From NCBI RefSeq assembly GCF_964204645.1, contig NC_134029.1, positions 5,456,001-5,520,000 of the forward strand: a DNA stretch of 64,000 bases. The letters run 5' to 3'. This DNA is from Tubulanus polymorphus. Lineage: Eukaryota > Animalia > Nemertea. Below, piece after piece: positions 57,721 to 64,000 of this stretch. Position 1 is the first letter of the stretch; each line of letters opens with the position of its first letter. Below the pieces are notes generated by a model. That model was not told where the DNA came from. It did no database searches and saw nothing but the letters and a program-made list of their open reading frames with translations. The translations under genes were made by a program, and so were the position numbers.

Positions 57721-60591
57721 GTCGGTATTCAAAATGTCTACATGATGTCTCTGATCCTCCCGGGAGGCAGTGCGAAGTTTCGGCGTAAAATTGATGGATT
57801 AATCCAATTATGCACTTAATTTCATATCCCCACACATTATGTACTGTAAGCCCTGGGTTACGTCACAGGGAGCCATTGTCGTCATCGATTATTGAGTTCT
57901 ACAGACAGCTTGATTTTGATTATATTTGTCACCATATAAATTATACCGCCAAAATTGCCATAAACTGAATTGTTCAAATTTGTATCCGTCGTTGATACAT
58001 TGTTTTCAAGACTTCGAAATAAAATAATATAACTGGAATTTGAAAGTATCCGATACAATGCAGAGTAATCATTAAATCAAATTCTCCATCTGTCAATTCA
58101 GCTTTCCACACGCATATGAATTCCATGTGGGTTCTATTTTCGTCTGCGAGAGCTAGTTTTCGAACGAGGTGTTCTTTTTTGGTTCACTGAGATGTATATG
58201 GAATAACATTATAACGTTTGTCAAGGTATCGTCCAGCGAATGAGAATGTATTAATCAATCACTGATATCTGTTAAATGACACCATGAAATGATATATTAG
58301 GCTTTTACTGCGTCCGCGTGTGTTATCTGTAGTTCAACTCTCTACGGTGTTCACGTGTTCAGGGCTGTTTGGGGTAGAAAACATTGCTTTAACGAGTAAC
58401 GAACCCGAGCAACAATCAATTCTCTTTCCAAAGCGCCATGATCTTTTTACAATATTCTCATTTTCGCATTCGTTTTCACATTAACGACAAGAATTCTATT
58501 CGTATACGATTGAATCAGATTGTAAAAGTAGTATATAGTATTGGTAAAGGCAGGTTTTGTATTGTCATCAGCTGTATTGGGGCCGCATACTCGATTCCGA
58601 GTATCCCGAGGGTATTGTTTTTTTGTTTGACTTTCGTTACGCGGTATTTCGATGAAGTGTCTTTCTATATCACTTCCGTTGTTACCACATTCTCCCGCGC
58701 GAGCGGGAAATCGAAAAAAGTCATCAGCTCCAAACATTCGGTAAATAATAAATGCCAAATCTGCATATCGGATTTCTGTAAAACAACAACCAAACGAATT
58801 CCACGACGTATCACTTGACCTACCCGCGTTGATAAGCATTGTTTGTTGCCGGTGATGTCGCGGTGTGGTTCCCATGGTTACCGAAGGGTGTGGTCCTGTA
58901 TCGGAAATCAGTACCGTATCATCGGCTATTGCTATGAGCTATCATCACCGTCTAGCGTTGGAAGCGAAGGAAATAAAAATACCCTTTTATCGCCCCTTTA
59001 TGAGATATTTATCGTTTGGCATCAACTCTGAACGACTCGTCACTTACCAATTAGACCGATAAATTACGAGGTTTCCCAGGTGCATATCTATGATTATTTC
59101 TCATTAACTGCTGCCTTGCGCGCCATCATTTAATTCTATTTCATACATCATTATCGTTTTTTGGAATTTACAATTAAGTTCGTTAGAGAATGTGATGTGG
59201 AGATCGACAAAATGGGCCATTGACCTTTCTTTAAAGTCTGTGTATTTGCATTTTACGAATTTGCCGGTTGAATTGTATTGGATTTTGAAATATTTGACAG
59301 GGTTTGAATGTTTGATAGTTTGGCGATGAATATAGTTTGAATGTATCGATATTAAAAAGAGGGTTCATTGGTCTAGTTGACAGACTGGGTTTCTTCCATT
59401 GTTTTTTGTAGATGTTAATCACTACACATTGTATCATACAACGACAAATAAATTAACACATGTCACTAAAATACATGTATACATGTCCAAAATACATGAT
59501 GATCAGGAATGAGAAACAAATCACAGTTTTAAAACACCACAATTCATGATTAGGGATCATGTTTGAAGCAAAGTTTAAGCCAGTAACGGAATGCAGTGGT
59601 TGAATTTTAGTACAATTCAATTCAAGTCACTTCATAGCCATATACATGAGATCATTTTCACGTGGCAGAGTAGAATTTTGTCCTCGAACAGATAAACAAT
59701 TAACGATTTGAATCAGTCATTGCTGGCTTCAAATTTGCTTCAAAATCATTACACCTGTTAGAATAGGTAGTCGGCTCAGTTTTAGAATATCAGGTAAACT
59801 AATCTAAGACCAAACGTTTTCTTTAGAGCTTCATTTCCTGTGATTAATCAAATCTACTGTGTGAATTGATAACGGAAACTAATGGATCAACTTCATGCCT
59901 AAGAAAACGTTCGTATTGGGTTATTAGTTACCTAATTTACTAATTGGTTATGCAGCACATGCTTTAGCATTCCTTAGGAAATCATTACAATTTGGCCGTA
60001 GGTAAATATGAACATTGAGGCACCAATTATTTCTCAAAGCACTATGGCTTAATGCATCCTCGATAACTGGGGTTAGTCTTTTAAGCGCAGCGTATGACGT
60101 CACTGCCTGGTGTATAGCGTCACATGTCATTTCCTGCTGCGGAAATTCGTCTAGTAGATCATGGAGCATATCTTTATATAAAGTTCAGGAATTTCATCAG
60201 CGAACGGGATTGACATGTGGCCTAATAAGAGCTAAGAACCGAACTGTACTAAAATGTAAGAAATTTGGATCATGAGAACTTCATGATTATTTACAACGGA
60301 CTGAAACCTGAGTACAGAACGGTTCTTGGGTTCCTATGTCGACTATAGATGGGGTACTGTACGCTATGAGGTTATGATATAGATGTTTTAATGAGAATAT
60401 ATCTACGAGGGTTCCATGCCAGTTTTACCTCTTTTGAGTGAGGGTCGTGTGATTCCACCTAGATATACAAATAAAAACAAAATCAAACATATACATTGCG
60501 ACAAGAAGATCCTCATCGTCTGCCGATGGTGGATACGGATATAATCAGAATATCTACATTTTTGAATGGAAGCGATGACTAAGGTGACTAT

Positions 60592-62355
60592 AATAAACCA
60601 TTTTACAGTTGCTAGCCGCCATTTTGTTAGGGTACTTTTGTCCCGTATTGTTGGGTCATTTTTTTCTATTTTTTAAAAACTGTCCGTGATGTGTGTTGTA
60701 TCATATTTCATCTGTCCATGGATGGATTTTGACAACTTCAGCAACATTCAAACTGCGTGAATCTCTAGTTTTCAGTTATGTAAAAATAATTTCTCAAATT
60801 TACAACAATGCGACATGAGAGCGATATAAAAATCGGTGGTCAGTTTTTGCCGTGCGCATAGAAATCAAGGGTACTGAACTTTGAAGTTCGTTATTTTCAG
60901 AAATAATTTTCTAAAAAATCCTAGCATTTCAAGAACTGTGCGCATAAATGCCCCCTTTCAGGTGAACTTTGAAATTTTAAGATATCTTGCCTAGTTTTTT
61001 TTCTATGGCACTTTAACTGCAGCGCGTGTATTGTCATTCCGAGATTCGGCGCTGTTTTCTTTGCGTGTATTTCAGTATATGGGTGTTATTTTTTCACTTT
61101 TACTACACTTGTCTCTACGGAAAATGGTTTTAATTGTTGGTACGAGTATCAGGTTTTAATATTACGTCATTTATGCAATATAATAGATCGAAGACATTAG
61201 AGATGTTGGAGTTAAAGGGATTTTTTTACCAGTTTTAGCAGCGAGACTGAACGGCATTTTGATCACGTATTCGAAGTTGCGCGCGGGAAGAGAATATATG
61301 GGCCTATATTGAGATGGAAGAAGAAAAGAAATATAACACACAAAATCGAGTATGATGACCATTTAAATCAGTAGTCTATCAATAAATTTACATAAAAATC
61401 TACTGAAATTAGATGGATGGAGAAGTGGTCAAAAAGCTGGACAAATGGGTTGGGGCAAATATTCAGCTACTTTCTATGAATACTTTCTATTAAGTACACA
61501 CAAGATTGATTAGATTGGGAAGAAAATATAGGAAAACGTTTTCTTGCTTTGGTGGTGACATATCAAGTATCAAGTCCTAATGTCAGACACCGGTGATAAA
61601 AAGTAAAAAGTGACATCTACCATCACAAAAACGCAAGAAGTGTGTGGATTGCATTTACAACAAAAGAGTGATATTTTGGGTTTTCTTGGGTGCATGTACG
61701 TAAGCCTCTGCCTGCTGTAAAAGCGGCTACCAATACAGCCATTACGAACTAGCGCCGGAGAACGGAATACAGTATTAATGCCGTAATATTAAAACCTGAT
61801 ACTCGAACCAACAATTAAAACCATTTTCCGTAGAGACAAGTGTAGTAAAAATGAAAAAATAACGCCCATATACTGAAATACACGCAAAGAAAACAGCGCC
61901 GAATCTCGGAATGACAATACACGCGCTGCAGTTAAAGTGCCATAGGAAAAAAACTAGGCAAGATATCTTAAAATTTCAAAGTTCACCTGAAAGGGGGCAT
62001 TTATGCGCACAGTTCTTGAAATGCTTGGATTTTTTAGAAAATTATTTCTGAAAATAACAAACTTCAAAGTTCAGTACCCTTGATTTCTATGCGCACGGCA
62101 AAAACTGACCACCGATTTTTATATTGCTCTCATGTCGCATTGTTGTAAATTTGAGAAATGATTTTTACATAACTGATACTAGAGATTCACGCGGTTTGAA
62201 TGTTGCTGAAGTTGTCAAAATCCATCCATGGACAGATGAAATATGATACAACACGCATCACGGATAGTTTTTAAAAAATAGAAAAAAATGACCCAACAAT
62301 ACGGGACATAAGTACCCTAACAAAATGGCGGCTAGCAACTGTAAAATGGTTTATT
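60592..62355. mobile_element. Fold-back type non-autonomous DNA transposon with ~575 bp TIRs
   Basis: 60592-~61166 is the reverse complement of ~61782-62355, with about 14 differences counted by eye. Termini are aataaaccattttacagttgctagccgcc / ggcggctagcaactgtaaaatggtttatt. The ~610 bp spacer has no transposase. Confidence 0.95.
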
Positions 62356-63739
62356 GGTTCATATACGAGGTTTTGCAGCAAACTGACAAATGAGAAAAAT
62401 ATGAAAACTTTACTTAACCATTTCTTAATGCTTCCTGTTCAAAATAGAATATTCTGATAACCGGTACAGACTTTTAGGTGTCTAGAATAGCATTTCCAGT
62501 GCAAAGAACAAGGATTTGGAACATTTTTCAGTGACATTTAACACTAAACTTCGAAAAAGAAAAGAACTTTTTGACCATCAAAGATCAAAGAATTACAGCA
62601 ATGGTTAAGAAATTAGGGTCAACCGAATCGCCAGTCAATTAGAAAACTCGCCAACTCAATAAGAGACCAAACACCAATCGATCATCGATCTTTATTTTTA
62701 CGCGAAAAAGTGCAACAGACCGGGAAAATTACGTCCAGATTTATGGAAATAAGAAAAAAGACATCCGGCGACCACTGGCAAAAAATCTATATCAATTCAG
62801 CACAGAAGTCTTCACTCGCGTGCCCTTGCGTCAACACAGAATACAGTTAATGGTCTTTCGACGGCGTGTAAAGTATTTGTTCAGCAAATTGTAAATGCCA
62901 GATACAAATAGATGCTACATTAGTAGTAGCCGACATCAGATATGCCTCGCCAGCTATGATTGACTGAAATGAGAGACGCGAAATGACTGATAATCCACAC
63001 GCGGATAATTCGCCACACATTCTGTTGCTTTTATGGTTATGCCAAATTTTCCCGATGATCGTCCATGATTCTAGATGCGGCTACATACCATCTCATTCTG
63101 GTCCAAGAAATAAAGAGATTCGTATATAAACCGTGACAATCGCCAAACCGCAAACCTCTTTAAGTCTACCGCACATAATGGAGTTGCAGCAATGATATCT
63201 ATCCGTGATCAGCAAAGACAAATACTGAGAAAAACCGGGAATTTTGCTCTCAAGCAGGCGAAATATCAGCTAATGAATTGTCTAACAGTACGTTAGTTCA
63301 CAAGTATATACACGCGCGCTACTGCTGCATCAGCTTAGAAGACATTAATCGCATTAGCAGTCCGATAGTAGTTAAACACGTCAATTGGTTTAAATTTATC
63401 TTTATTTCATTCGATTAACCCCGACATTACGATTAACCCAACCGCTTTATTTCAGGCTCTATCACTTTATCAAGCTAGTAAGGATGTATATATGTATACA
63501 CCGCGCATACCTCAGGGAAACGTTAGGTTTTAACTGGGTAAAAATGCAAATATGAAATAACCTGGGAACAATAATCTTTAATATGCAAATAAATTCATGC
63601 GTGCATCATCGCCATTTCCCATTTAGGTGCCTTGTAGTTGGCGTCTTGTAAATATGATGCGATTCTGACGGGCTGAAATTTTGTACATACTCGTATTTTA
63701 GAATTTGTAAGTCTTTTGGTGTTACGCACTTTTATACAA

Positions 63740-63910
63740 TGACGACTGAAATTCGAGAAACCATAGATGAAGAAACTTTCTTTCAAGTGTACCGTTCACC
63801 AAGAACCTTAGTGTCTGATGTACCACAGTGGTTACATTTTAGGATCGTAGAGCAACGTAGATCACTCTGGAGACAACCACTGCCAGGACTGGGAGAAGTA
63901 TACCGATGTA
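63740..63910 (+). pseudogene. Decayed LINE reverse-transcriptase fragment
   Basis: gtgtctgatgtaccacag-t-ggttacattttagga reads VSDVPQ/GYILG across a 1-nt frameshift (RT motif GVPQGxxLGP), followed by QDWEK. Homologous to 57315-57640. Confidence 0.45.
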
Positions 63911-64000
63911 TCTATCGTCGAAAAAGATTTATCTGATATACTGTATATATCTGCGTGTGGGAATCTGATGATATCATTATATTACCCAGGATATGGTCTC

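Noticed and set aside
58438-59062. Overlapping 126-142 aa ORFs on both strands inside the TRP intron
   Set aside because: No recognisable motifs, and no splice phase compatible with the phase-0 TRP exon at 56553; treated as chance ORFs in CpG-rich intronic DNA.

Overview
AT-rich eukaryotic DNA from a compact-genome invertebrate bilaterian (probably a spiralian; the taxon cannot be fixed from sequence alone). Seven spliced protein-coding genes can be rebuilt by hand: NAA15 (+, 5' truncated), RAB33 (+), cytosolic asparaginyl-tRNA synthetase NARS1 (+), a KNOP1-like lysine-rich protein (-), an intron-containing DUF4291 gene (-), an NKCC-type SLC12A cotransporter (+), and a TRP-gamma/TRPC-type channel (-, 5' end beyond the window). 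Introns carry many MITEs, a 1.76 kb fold-back element with ~575 bp near-perfect terminal inverted repeats, and decayed LINE fragments. The most interesting signals are: (i) a string of in-frame candidate microexons just before the calmodulin/IP3R-binding region of the TRP channel; (ii) a bacterial-looking DUF4291 gene with three introns, squeezed between KNOP1 and NKCC; (iii) NAA15-RAB33 adjacency as in human 4q31; and (iv) the fold-back element. Exon boundaries were read by eye and may be off by a few bases. No database searches were run.
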